Below, in pieces: positions 39,159-48,479 of a DNA stretch of 64,000 nt. The notes beneath the pieces were generated by a model. That model was not told the origin of the DNA. It saw nothing but the letters and a program-made list of their open reading frames with translations, and searched no databases. The stretch is from Bacteroidota bacterium (GTDB lineage Bacteria > Bacteroidota > Bacteroidia > 2-12-FULL-35-15), in assembly GCA_947466965.1 (NCBI GenBank), contig CANIFU010000003.1, positions 23,151 through 87,150 of the forward strand, in the 5' to 3' direction. The first letter of the stretch is position 1. Each line of letters begins with the position of its first letter. A program made the position numbers and the translations under genes.

Positions 39159-40241
39159 TTATTCTTTTACAGGTGTTTTTATTTTTAATGAGTCTGTTAC
39201 TATTGGAATTGTTGATATTAAATTTACAGAATCCTTTGGTATTAACTTACTACTGTCATCATAATTTCCATCCATATCGTATATATTTATGCTTCCTATA
39301 GGGATTTCAATAATATATTTTTTTTTACTTTCGTTGTTTAGCGAATTTGATCTTAGCCATGGATTGAATAGTTTTAAAATTTTGTAATTTACTCCTTGTG
39401 CAATTGCAAAATCGGCTAAATTATGAATGGTTGTATCAAGAGTAACATTTTTTTTGTTCAACGTTGGATAAAGGTCTTTTTTTCGAAGGAGGTATCCATA
39501 GACTTTTGGTCGAGAAATTATTTCTTTCATTGCAAGTATACGATATACATATCTTGCTGTTTCTTCTGTTAAAGCTAAATCGTAATAACTTTTCACTTTT
39601 TGTTTATCTAATTGTATTTTTAATCCCCCCATTCCTAAATTATAGGATGCAGCTACTAATGTCCAATTATTAAAAATTTTGTATGCTTCTTTAAAATATT
39701 TACAGGCAGCTTCTGTTGATTTTACGACATGATATCGTTCATCTACCTCTTCATTTATTTCCAATCCGTAGTTTGTTGCTGTGGATTCAATGATTTGCCA
39801 AAAGCCAGTTGCACCTTGAGGAGATATTACATTTGTTAATTGACTTTCTATTAAAGCGATATATTTAAAATCGTCAGGAATATCATTTTTTTTAAGGATC
39901 GGTTCTATAATAGGAAACCATCGGCTTACACGCTTGTGTAATAATAGGGTTTGAGATTGCCAATAGGTGTTAATAACAAGTTCTTTTTCTGCAGATTCTT
40001 TCACACTAAAATCTGTGATGGGTGTTTTTTCACCTGCAAAATTTAAATTTTTAGGTACACGAATACTAAATGTTTTATAACTAGCATTAAAGTAATCCTC
40101 GTAATCGGAGTCGGATAAATTGTCGGATAAAGAGTATGAAAATAGTTTAACGATGCTTATTAAAAGAAGGGCAGTAGCAAATGCAACGAAGAATTTTTTT
40201 GAAGATTTTAAAAAAATAAGTATGTTTTTTAAAGCTTTCAT
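39159..40241 (-). CDS. Lytic murein transglycosylase (SLT domain, MltD-like) with N-terminal membrane anchor
   Basis: SLT catalytic region 'ALIESQ...GATGFWQII' with the catalytic Glu in the 'ES' motif. C-terminal region may be LysM-like. 360 aa. Confidence 0.7.
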   Translation of the reverse strand: MKALKNILIFLKSSKKFFVAFATALLLISIVKLFSYSLSDNLSDSDYEDYFNASYKTFSIRVPKNLNFAGEKTPITDFSVKESAEKELVINTYWQSQTLLLHKRVSRWFPIIEPILKKNDIPDDFKYIALIESQLTNVISPQGATGFWQIIESTATNYGLEINEEVDERYHVVKSTEAACKYFKEAYKIFNNWTLVAASYNLGMGGLKIQLDKQKVKSYYDLALTEETARYVYRILAMKEIISRPKVYGYLLRKKDLYPTLNKKNVTLDTTIHNLADFAIAQGVNYKILKLFNPWLRSNSLNNESKKKYIIEIPIGSINIYDMDGNYDDSSKLIPKDSVNLISTIPIVTDSLKIKTPVKE

Positions 40242-41311
40242 TTATTAATATTTCTTAAAGTAGGAATGTAAAGAAATCGGAATAAAAGAAGAAAATAAAT
40301 GGAAAATAAAATGATGTGAATATAACTCCAATCTTTAATATATGTTATTATTAAGAAGTTAAAAAACATCGAAACAAAAGCAATCCCTGCATACATCAAT
40401 GCAATTCTTTTTTCTGTAACTCCACTAAAAAAGAAGCTATGCGTTGTGTGGTCTTTCCCACCAATAAATGGAGACTTTCCGCTTCTCAAACGATTTATAA
40501 CAACAGCTGTGGTATCAATAATTGGAATCGCGAAAGTTAAAATTGTTACAAAAAATTGTTTAGATTGAATCAGGTTGCCATTTACATCTGGAGTATTCCA
40601 GAAGTATTTTATTCCCATTGCAGCAAGGAATAGGCCTAAAAACTGACTTCCGGTATCTCCCATAAACATTTTAGAAGGGTGCCAATTGTAGAACAAAAAT
40701 CCAATTAATGCCGCCATAATTCCTATTAAGATAGTCGTATTAATACTATGTCCGCTTTTATTAATATAAATGATAAATAAAGCACTCATAATAATTGAAA
40801 TAGAAACAATTGTTGTAATTGCATCCATATTATCGAGCATATTTATTGAGTTCATTAGGGCTACTATCCAGAATAAAGACAATGCATAGTTGAAATAAAT
40901 ATTGGAAAAGATTGAAATATAGGTTCCTGTTGAAATTAAAATCAGGGCGCAGCAAATTTGAATTGTAAGTTTTAATAATGGTCTGGTATTGTAAGCATCA
41001 TCAGATAAGCCAAGCAAAAAAGCAAGTGTACATGCTGCAAGAAGGCCTAGTATTTGTTTGTTTATTAAAACGCTTGTTTGTTCAAAAAACATAGAATAAC
41101 AAGTTATGGAAATGAGGAAAATTAAATAAAATGAAATTCCACCTAATGATGGTTTTGCAGCTGGGCTCCATCGTATAATAGATTCCGTTTTATTTCTGAT
41201 TCCCCAATTAGATGCAAATTTCAAAAACAATCTATTTATCAAAAATGATAATAGAACGGTACCCAAAAAATAGGACGAATAGATTATAAATAAGTTAATA
41301 CTATGTTTCAT
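40238..41311 (-). CDS. wecA: Polyprenyl-phosphate sugar-1-phosphate transferase (MraY/WecA superfamily, GT4 membrane family)
   Basis: Multi-TM protein with 'LGLSDD' and 'MFMGDTGSQFLG' motifs diagnostic of WecA/MraY-type transferases. Confidence 0.8.
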   Translation of the reverse strand: MKHSINLFIIYSSYFLGTVLLSFLINRLFLKFASNWGIRNKTESIIRWSPAAKPSLGGISFYLIFLISITCYSMFFEQTSVLINKQILGLLAACTLAFLLGLSDDAYNTRPLLKLTIQICCALILISTGTYISIFSNIYFNYALSLFWIVALMNSINMLDNMDAITTIVSISIIMSALFIIYINKSGHSINTTILIGIMAALIGFLFYNWHPSKMFMGDTGSQFLGLFLAAMGIKYFWNTPDVNGNLIQSKQFFVTILTFAIPIIDTTAVVINRLRSGKSPFIGGKDHTTHSFFFSGVTEKRIALMYAGIAFVSMFFNFLIITYIKDWSYIHIILFSIYFLLLFRFLYIPTLRNINK

Positions 41312-41390
41312 AATAAAGAATAAGAAATTATTTTTAATTCTATAATCAATATTTTTACGAAGTATATTTTTTTTCGATCAATTTTAAAAT

Positions 41391-41933
41391 TCAAAACATA
41401 CTCTGGAAGTCTTTAAACGTGTTCGATTTTTTATCTTTTTCTGAAAGTATTGGATCAGTTAATCCCCAATTAATTCCAATTGTAGGATCATTCCAGATGA
41501 TACTCTTTTCTGAGTCCTTGTTGTAAACGTTTGAACATTTGTAAGAAAATATTGTCTCATTTGAAAGTGTTAAAAATCCATGCGCAAAGCCCGGAGGAAT
41601 CCAAAGCATTTTTTTATTTTTTTCATTCAATTCGATATCAAAATATTTTCCATATGTTTCAGACGTTTTTCTCAAATCAACAGCCACATCTAATATTGCA
41701 CCTTTAATAGCACGAACTAATTTACCTTGTGCAAATGGCGGATTTTGAAAATGTAGCCCTCTTAAAACACCTTTTCCTGAAAGGGATTGATTATCCTGAA
41801 CAAAATCAGCAAAAATGCCGTAATTTTCGAATGCTATTTTACTATATGATTCATAAAAATATCCTCTATCATCTTCAAAAATTTTTGGTTGAATGATCAA
41901 TAAGTCAGGAATTGGAGTAGTAATAAATTCCAT
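41391..41933 (-). CDS. rfbC: dTDP-4-dehydrorhamnose 3,5-epimerase
   Basis: 180 aa. Cupin-fold motifs 'DDRGYF', 'RGLHFQ' and 'KLVR...G...DVAVDLR' are typical of RmlC. Confidence 0.9.
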   Translation of the reverse strand: MEFITTPIPDLLIIQPKIFEDDRGYFYESYSKIAFENYGIFADFVQDNQSLSGKGVLRGLHFQNPPFAQGKLVRAIKGAILDVAVDLRKTSETYGKYFDIELNEKNKKMLWIPPGFAHGFLTLSNETIFSYKCSNVYNKDSEKSIIWNDPTIGINWGLTDPILSEKDKKSNTFKDFQSMF

Positions 41934-41944
41934 AAGTAATAGTA

Positions 41945-44446
41945 TTATTTTTTAAAAAAAGATTTTTTTGTAATAGTTTTTGTTCCTTCATCATAATACC
42001 CGTATCCGTATCCGTATCCGTATCCGTATCCATACCCGTAATTATATCCATAGCTTTTGCGTTCGATGTCTACACCGTTTAGAATTACAGATAGTTTTTT
42101 TATATTCACTTCATTGAATAGTCTATCCACGTTCTGGATGAAGTTACGTTTAGAATATTCAGATCTGAAAATATAAATGGGATAATCAGCTTTTTGAATC
42201 ATTGATATACCATCACTTACTAATCCAACAGGAGGGTTATCAATAATAATAACATCATAAATTGTTTTAAGATGAGCAAGTATTTCATCCATTTTAACGC
42301 TGATGATTAACTCTGAAGGATTGGGAGGTATTGGTCCTGCAGTTATGAAGTCAAGGTTCTCTAAATTACTTTGTTGAACTGCTTCATTTATTTCACCTTT
42401 CCCAATGAGTAAGGTGCTCATTCCTTTCGAATTGGGTGCATTAAAACCTATATGAATTTTGGGTTTGCGCATGTCCAAATCGATAATAACTACTTTCTTT
42501 CCTGAAAAGGCAATGATACCACCCAGATTAATTGCAACAAAGGTTTTTCCTTCACCGGAAATAGTAGATGTTAAAGCAATTGTTTTGGGTCCGGGGGTAT
42601 TTGAAATAAACTGTAAGTTAGTTCTTACGGATCTGAATGCCTCGGCAATAAGTGATTTAGGACTTTTGTCAACTAATAGTTGTGAAACCGGAATAGCTTG
42701 CGTACATTTTGGAATGATTCCCAAAATGCTGATAGATGCATTTGTATATTTTGTTATTTCGTTTAATGAATTAATTTCATTGTGAGACAAATAGCGGAAA
42801 AGAATCAAGAATAAACTTAATAAAAAGGCTACTAAAAGATAAGATATATAAGTTATTTTTCTGTTAGGAGAAACTGGGCTTCGAGGACTGTCAGCCTTTT
42901 CAAGGATAATATTTTGAGAAACAAAACCGGCTTTGGAAATTGAAAATTCGGTCTTTTTTTCTAAAAGTAGCGTGTAATATTTTTCACGAATAGAGAACAA
43001 TCGCTGTAGGCGGGAATATTCAATTTCATTTATTGGAAGTTTAAATGTTTCTGCAAATTGCACTGCTTTTTTTTGAAGTTCCTGTTTTCGTATCTTTTGG
43101 TTAACGCGAACAGATTTGATACTTTCTTTTAACAATTTTTTCTGAATATCAATTTGAAAATCGATGGCTTTAATCGCTTCACTGCTGGGGGTAACTTGAT
43201 AAAGCATTTCTTCTTTTTGAATGAGTAAACGGTGCAATTCTGAGATAACATCGCTTGTGTTTTTTTCTGTCTCAGTTCCTGCAAGCATCGCTAATAAATT
43301 GTAGGAATCAATGCTTTTTGATGTGTTAATGTCATTTTCTATTTTATTTAAAATATTTTCTTCTAGTTCTAGAGCAATTATCTTGTCCTCCAGGCCGTTC
43401 AACCGAATTGTGTTCGTGTTCTTCAAATCAGGATCTTCGCTAACTTTATTATCTTTTTTAAAAAGCTGTATTGAGTTTTCAGATGCTTTTAATTGTTCAT
43501 AAACAACATCTAATTGTTTGTCGATAAATTCGATAACACTTTTTGAGCTTTCTCCTTTTCGTTCGATATCAAAAAATTTGTATTCTTCTGTCATTGAAGT
43601 AACAATATCGTTAGCTTTTTGAGGATTGAGATCTTTAAACGAAATTGAAATTGTTTTTGCTTCCTCATTGAGTAATTTAACTTCAAGAAAAGAAAAGTAA
43701 TTATTAACTAATGAGTTTGTATCGTTGATTGTGAAATAATATGCATTTTCTTTAACTGAATTTTGTTGCCTCTGAATATCTGAATAATTATTAATTAATA
43801 TTTTAAGGTCACATTGAGGAAGGTGAAGCCATTTGCCTGCTGAGAAGTTCTCAGAATATTTTTTTCCGTCTTTTATGAAATTTATTTCTCCGCTTGAAAC
43901 ACTGTTTACTGATACATAAATTTTTGTACCTAAAATAGAATTGTCTTTGTAATTTATTTCAACTTTAAACGGAGAGCTGGTGTATAATTCATTATTTAAT
44001 AAGGTTCCTTCTGAATAATAACCAATAGATAGGGGCAATTTTGATAATACACGTTTTAGGAACACTTTTGACCGGAGAAGTTCAACTGCTTCAGCTAATC
44101 CATTGGTGTTTTCTACGCCATAAAGATTTTCTACATTCAATAATTTATTTGCCTGATTACTAGTTTGTACTTGAATTACACTGGATGATTCAAATACAGG
44201 TGGCGTATATCGGAGATATAATTTTGCAGCTACAAATGCGAATAGAAAAAATAAGAAAATCCAGATCAGGCTTTTTTTTGCAATAAATAAAAATAATCCC
44301 AATTCAAATTCACCGCTAAAGTTTGAGATCCGCTCTTTGTAGCGATCAAAATTATCGTTTGTTTTTGATATGTCTTCCTGTAGCATTTTCTTTTCAGGAT
44401 TGGGTTTATTTACTAGATAATGCGCTCGTATACGTAATAAGAACAA
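41945..44446 (-). CDS. wzc: Polysaccharide co-polymerase / tyrosine autokinase (Wzc, PCP-2a BY-kinase)
   Basis: 833 aa. N-terminal TM, then a periplasmic chain-length-determinant coiled region, then a second TM. Cytoplasmic P-loop ATPase with 'STISGEGKTFVAINL' and Walker B 'VIIIDNPP'. C-terminal Tyr cluster 'YGYNYGYGYGYGYGYGYGYY'. Confidence 0.88.
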   Translation of the reverse strand: MFLLRIRAHYLVNKPNPEKKMLQEDISKTNDNFDRYKERISNFSGEFELGLFLFIAKKSLIWIFLFFLFAFVAAKLYLRYTPPVFESSSVIQVQTSNQANKLLNVENLYGVENTNGLAEAVELLRSKVFLKRVLSKLPLSIGYYSEGTLLNNELYTSSPFKVEINYKDNSILGTKIYVSVNSVSSGEINFIKDGKKYSENFSAGKWLHLPQCDLKILINNYSDIQRQQNSVKENAYYFTINDTNSLVNNYFSFLEVKLLNEEAKTISISFKDLNPQKANDIVTSMTEEYKFFDIERKGESSKSVIEFIDKQLDVVYEQLKASENSIQLFKKDNKVSEDPDLKNTNTIRLNGLEDKIIALELEENILNKIENDINTSKSIDSYNLLAMLAGTETEKNTSDVISELHRLLIQKEEMLYQVTPSSEAIKAIDFQIDIQKKLLKESIKSVRVNQKIRKQELQKKAVQFAETFKLPINEIEYSRLQRLFSIREKYYTLLLEKKTEFSISKAGFVSQNIILEKADSPRSPVSPNRKITYISYLLVAFLLSLFLILFRYLSHNEINSLNEITKYTNASISILGIIPKCTQAIPVSQLLVDKSPKSLIAEAFRSVRTNLQFISNTPGPKTIALTSTISGEGKTFVAINLGGIIAFSGKKVVIIDLDMRKPKIHIGFNAPNSKGMSTLLIGKGEINEAVQQSNLENLDFITAGPIPPNPSELIISVKMDEILAHLKTIYDVIIIDNPPVGLVSDGISMIQKADYPIYIFRSEYSKRNFIQNVDRLFNEVNIKKLSVILNGVDIERKSYGYNYGYGYGYGYGYGYGYYDEGTKTITKKSFFKK
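41996..42040. repeat. Hexanucleotide tandem repeat (cgtatc)x5 plus degenerate flanks inside the wzc 3' end
   Basis: 'cgtatc' repeated perfectly five times at 42001-42030, with degenerate copies either side. On the minus strand it encodes the (Tyr-Gly)n tail of Wzc. Confidence 0.9.
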
Positions 44447-45173
44447 AGATGCTTGTTAAAATACTAACAATTGGTGCAACCTCCTGTATGAATCTGCTAG
44501 CATATTTTTTTCTAGGCTCAACATAAATGATGTCGTTCGCTTGTAAGACCATGCTACCTTGCTTAATTCCCTCAATTTTTGAAAGGTCAATCAGAAAAAT
44601 ATCATGTTTGTCGTTGTTTTGACGAATCAATTTTACCATTTTGGCTTTTCCATCATCTGCAATCCCTCCAGCTAGCGCTATTGCTTCAATTAAAGTCGTG
44701 TTGTTGTTTTGAAGTGGTATAACTTTAGCATCTCCTGCACTTCCTGGAAATACAATAACACGTTTATTTGATACAGACATAATTACATATGGTCTAACAT
44801 AGAAACTAGCATACTTTTCTTCTAACAAACTTTCTGCTTCTCTAATCGTATATCCGATTAGTTTCATCCTCCCTAGCACCGGTAGTTTAACTGTACCATC
44901 TGATTCTACTAAATATTGAATATCGGTTTCGAAGCGATAACCAACATTCGCGGAATTTAAGGATGTTAAATCAACCAATTTAAATCCGTCATTTGAATAC
45001 ATGCTAAATTCCAAAATATCATTTGGAGATATTTTATAATTTGAAGCCTTCGAGGAATCAGGATTTTGAGAATATTTATATTCCTTTCCTGTTTTCAACA
45101 TAATGCTGGGATTGATCCATCCGCAACTGGATAAAAACAAGACTATTCCAACTAAAAAGAGAAGTTTACGCAT
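44406..45173 (-). CDS. wza: Polysaccharide export outer-membrane lipoprotein (Wza/ Poly_export family)
   Basis: Lipobox-like 'LSSCG' after the signal. Poly_export-like 'PNDILEF' region and SLBB-like C-terminal part. 255 aa. Overlaps the wzc start by about 40 nt. Confidence 0.75.
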   Translation of the reverse strand: MRKLLFLVGIVLFLSSCGWINPSIMLKTGKEYKYSQNPDSSKASNYKISPNDILEFSMYSNDGFKLVDLTSLNSANVGYRFETDIQYLVESDGTVKLPVLGRMKLIGYTIREAESLLEEKYASFYVRPYVIMSVSNKRVIVFPGSAGDAKVIPLQNNNTTLIEAIALAGGIADDGKAKMVKLIRQNNDKHDIFLIDLSKIEGIKQGSMVLQANDIIYVEPRKKYASRFIQEVAPIVSILTSIFVLITYTSALSSK

Positions 45174-45321
45174 ATAGGTTTATTGTTTTGTAACATACAA
45201 AGTTAAAAAATATTCTGTAACTGCTATTTACTTTCAAGTATAAAAGAAAATGCCTCTAAATGGCATGCTTAGGTTGAATTGTTTCTACAGATAAGTTTCT
45301 AATCATACTGTTAAAAGCTTT

Positions 45322-46512
45322 TTACTGGTTTTTTAGAAGTTCTTTGTACAGTTGTTCCATATCTTTTACTAAGCGGGTGAAATGAAATGTATCTTTTACA
45401 TGGTTCCAACCTTTTTCTGACATCGAATTACGCATATTTTCATCTTCAACCATGCGTAAAAGACCTTCAGAAAATTGTGTTAAATGATTATTCTCACAAA
45501 GTAAGGCTGTTTCATTTTCAATTACTACATTTTTTATTCCTCCAACATTGGTTGCAACAATCGGTTTATTTGCAGCTTGTGCTTCGATCAAACTAACTGG
45601 TGTTCCTTCATTGAAGGATGTTAATGCAATAATATCGCTTCCTGCCAAAACCACATCTATTTCTTGTATCCACGATGTGAATGTTAAAAGTGTATTTTCC
45701 TTCGTATTGCTTCCATCAACAAAATTTATATTCAACTCCGTTGCCTTCATTTCAATTTTTTGACGACCTTCTCCATCACCCACTATAAATCCCCGAATTT
45801 TTTTTCTTGTTTTTAATGAAACAATTTTTAATGCCTCTAAAAATAAAGCATGATTTTTTACCGGAACCAATCTGCCTATAATTGAAATTGCAATTTCATC
45901 TTCAGCTAAGTTATATTTTGTTCGAAAAGATTTTCTCTTCTCTTCCATATTTTCATTAAATTTTGAAAGATCAAATCCTAATGGAATAACGAAGACTTTC
46001 TGTGCAGTACAAATTTTATGTATTTCTACTAATTCTTTTTTTTGAATTTCACTTATTGCAATAATTGCGGTTGATTTTTTTGCCAGATATCGTTCTATGT
46101 TTTTATAAAAACTGGTTTTAAATTTACCAAAATAGGAGTGAAAAATATGCCCGTGAAAAGTATGCACAACTATTGGTACACCACAGGATGCTGCTGCAAG
46201 TCGGCCTAATGTTCCCGCTTTTGAAGCATGCGTATGAACGATGTCGGGTTTGAATTCGCGGATTATCTTTTTTAATTTCCTATATGCAATAAAATCATTT
46301 TTAATATCAATTTCACGAAACATTTCCTCCACAATTACAGGTTTTAATCCAAGATTTTCAAGGATAAAACTTGAACTTTCTTCTGTAATATCTTTTGCTC
46401 CTCCAATTAATAAAGTTTCAAACTCCTCCGACATATATTTACTTAAATAAGCAACATTGTAGGTTGGGCCTCCAAGATTAAACCGATTAATGATACGTAA
46501 TACTTTCGTCAT
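45322..46512 (-). CDS. Glycosyltransferase family 4
   Basis: 'LRIINRFNLGGP' N-terminal GT4 motif. C-terminal 'TSFNEGTPVSLIEAQAANKPIVATNVGG' (EX7E). Confidence 0.8.
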   Translation of the reverse strand: MTKVLRIINRFNLGGPTYNVAYLSKYMSEEFETLLIGGAKDITEESSSFILENLGLKPVIVEEMFREIDIKNDFIAYRKLKKIIREFKPDIVHTHASKAGTLGRLAAASCGVPIVVHTFHGHIFHSYFGKFKTSFYKNIERYLAKKSTAIIAISEIQKKELVEIHKICTAQKVFVIPLGFDLSKFNENMEEKRKSFRTKYNLAEDEIAISIIGRLVPVKNHALFLEALKIVSLKTRKKIRGFIVGDGEGRQKIEMKATELNINFVDGSNTKENTLLTFTSWIQEIDVVLAGSDIIALTSFNEGTPVSLIEAQAANKPIVATNVGGIKNVVIENETALLCENNHLTQFSEGLLRMVEDENMRNSMSEKGWNHVKDTFHFTRLVKDMEQLYKELLKNQ

Positions 46513-46586
46513 AAAATTTAATTAATAAGACAAAATAGGTAGACTGGTTTTATTTTCTAATGCTGATAACAGTGAGGATTTTTTTA

Positions 46587-48476
46587 TTAAAAGATTTTTT
46601 TCCACCAATATTGAAAAACAATAATAGCCCATACTTTTTCCACAGCATCATTCGGATTGGTTGAAAATAATTGTGCTTTTAATTTTTTTATTTCCTCAGA
46701 ATTGAAAATGCCTTGTTGTGTTATAAACTCATCATCCAATAATTCATTTGTTATCATTGATTTTAGATCTGTTCTAAACCATTTTAAAAGGGGAACTTCA
46801 AAGCCTTGTTTTTTTCTTGATAGAAGCTCAATGGGTAACATTTCTCTGAAAGCATCCTTCACTATTTTTTTTCGATCATACTTGTCAATTTTGAAATCGG
46901 ATGGTAATGAAAAAGCAAAATCTACAATTTTGTGATCAAGGAAAGGTACTCTTACTTCTAAACTCTGACTCATGCTCATTCGATCCACTTTAACAAGCAT
47001 ATCATTCTCCAAAACCAGATGCATATCGGTAAGTAAAACCGTATTGTAATCTTCAGTTATATTTTTAAGTAATTCGAATTTTCTTTGTTTGTGTGAAACG
47101 CTATTTATATCCGCTGAATAGGTATCTAAAAAAAGCTGATCAGCCGAATACCCTGACCATTTGGCCCATTCCCAATAGCGTTCCTGCGGACTTAATTTCA
47201 TTCCTTCTGCAAATTTTTGGAGTTGCCGAATTTTATTTCCTGTTTTGCTGTTTCTAGATTTAGGTAGTTTTTTTAATAAAGCATGACTTGATTTTACCAG
47301 ATTAGCCTTCAGACCTCCTGTTCTTACTTTTAACTCCGCAGCATGTTTGTTATATCCTGCAAAAAGTTCATCTGCGCCATCGCCTGAAAGTGCAACAGTT
47401 ACATGCTTTTTTGTGTGCATGCTTAAAATATTTACTGCAAGAGCAGATGAATCAGCAAATGGTTCATCCGTATAATCAAGAACGTGCTTGAGATTTGCAA
47501 ACAGATCATCGTTACTTAATTGAAAAGCGGTATGATTTGTTTTGTATTTTTTTGCTAATAACGCTGCAAATGGTGTTTCATCAAAATGTGGTTCATCTTT
47601 AAAACCTATAGAAAAAGTATTTAAATTTTTTGTATGCTGCGCGGCAATTGCTGTTATAATTGACGAGTCGATTCCTCCGCTTAAAAAGGTTCCTAGCGGA
47701 ACGTCTGATATCATTCGGTTTTGAACCGATTGTTCCAATAGGTTTCTGAATTTTAATTTTGCGGTATCGTAACTGATATTGTTCTCAATTCGGTCGGAAT
47801 AAGGAATGGAATAATATTTTTTTTTATTTTTTATTCCTCTTAAATTTACGCTCATATAGGCACCGGATTCTAGTTTTTTTACGTTTTCAAAAATAGAGTA
47901 GGGGCTCGGGATATAATTTAAATGAAAATATAATTGTAATGATGTTTTGTCAATCACCTTGGGTATATCAAAAGCAAGCAAGGCCTTCGTTTCAGAGGCA
48001 AAAGTAAATCGTTCTGTATCTAAATAGTAAAACAAAGGTTTGATTCCAAATCGATCACGAGCTAAAAAAAGTTCTTCCGTTGTTTGATCATACACTGCAA
48101 ATGCAAATTCACCATCTAATTTATCAAGACAATTTTCTCTTTCAGCAATAAAAAGTTGTAATAAAACCTCTGTATCGCTTTGTGATCTAAACTGAATGCC
48201 TTTTACTTCAAGTTCTTTACGAAGCTGTTTGTAGTTAAATAGTTCGCCATTAAAAACAATTGTAAACCTTTCTGAAGAATCTGTAAATGGTTGGTTTGCA
48301 TTAGAAGAAGTATCTATAATTGATAATCTTCTGTGTCCTAAAGCAACATTTTTATGATAAAAAAAACCTTCTCCATCAGGGCCACGGTTTATCAATGTTC
48401 GCGTTGCAGCTTGTGTTTTTAGCAAATGCTGTTTTCCATTATCATTGAATGCCAGTATTCCTGTTATCCCGCACAT
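46587..48476 (-). CDS. asnB: Asparagine synthase (glutamine-hydrolysing), second paralog
   Basis: 'MCGITG' N-terminal Cys nucleophile. 'SGGIDSS' PP-loop. 629 aa. It is a paralog of the 7627-9510 gene. Confidence 0.9.
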   Translation of the reverse strand: MCGITGILAFNDNGKQHLLKTQAATRTLINRGPDGEGFFYHKNVALGHRRLSIIDTSSNANQPFTDSSERFTIVFNGELFNYKQLRKELEVKGIQFRSQSDTEVLLQLFIAERENCLDKLDGEFAFAVYDQTTEELFLARDRFGIKPLFYYLDTERFTFASETKALLAFDIPKVIDKTSLQLYFHLNYIPSPYSIFENVKKLESGAYMSVNLRGIKNKKKYYSIPYSDRIENNISYDTAKLKFRNLLEQSVQNRMISDVPLGTFLSGGIDSSIITAIAAQHTKNLNTFSIGFKDEPHFDETPFAALLAKKYKTNHTAFQLSNDDLFANLKHVLDYTDEPFADSSALAVNILSMHTKKHVTVALSGDGADELFAGYNKHAAELKVRTGGLKANLVKSSHALLKKLPKSRNSKTGNKIRQLQKFAEGMKLSPQERYWEWAKWSGYSADQLFLDTYSADINSVSHKQRKFELLKNITEDYNTVLLTDMHLVLENDMLVKVDRMSMSQSLEVRVPFLDHKIVDFAFSLPSDFKIDKYDRKKIVKDAFREMLPIELLSRKKQGFEVPLLKWFRTDLKSMITNELLDDEFITQQGIFNSEEIKKLKAQLFSTNPNDAVEKVWAIIVFQYWWKKIF

Positions 48477-48479
48477 ATA

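Noticed and set aside
44406-44446. 41-nt overlap between the wza start and the wzc stop, as a possible frameshift or pseudogene
   Set aside because: Both frames are complete and have the expected domain content. The overlap is probably due to choice of the most upstream ATG for wza; an internal start (the signal peptide begins at MRKLLFLVGIVLFL) is already at the ORF start. Modest overlaps are common, so there is no evidence for disruption.
45174-45321. Weak hairpin (atgcc-tctaaat-ggcat) between the GT4 gene and wza
   Set aside because: Only a 5-bp stem. A T-tract on the minus strand is present, but the structure is too weak to call a terminator with confidence.
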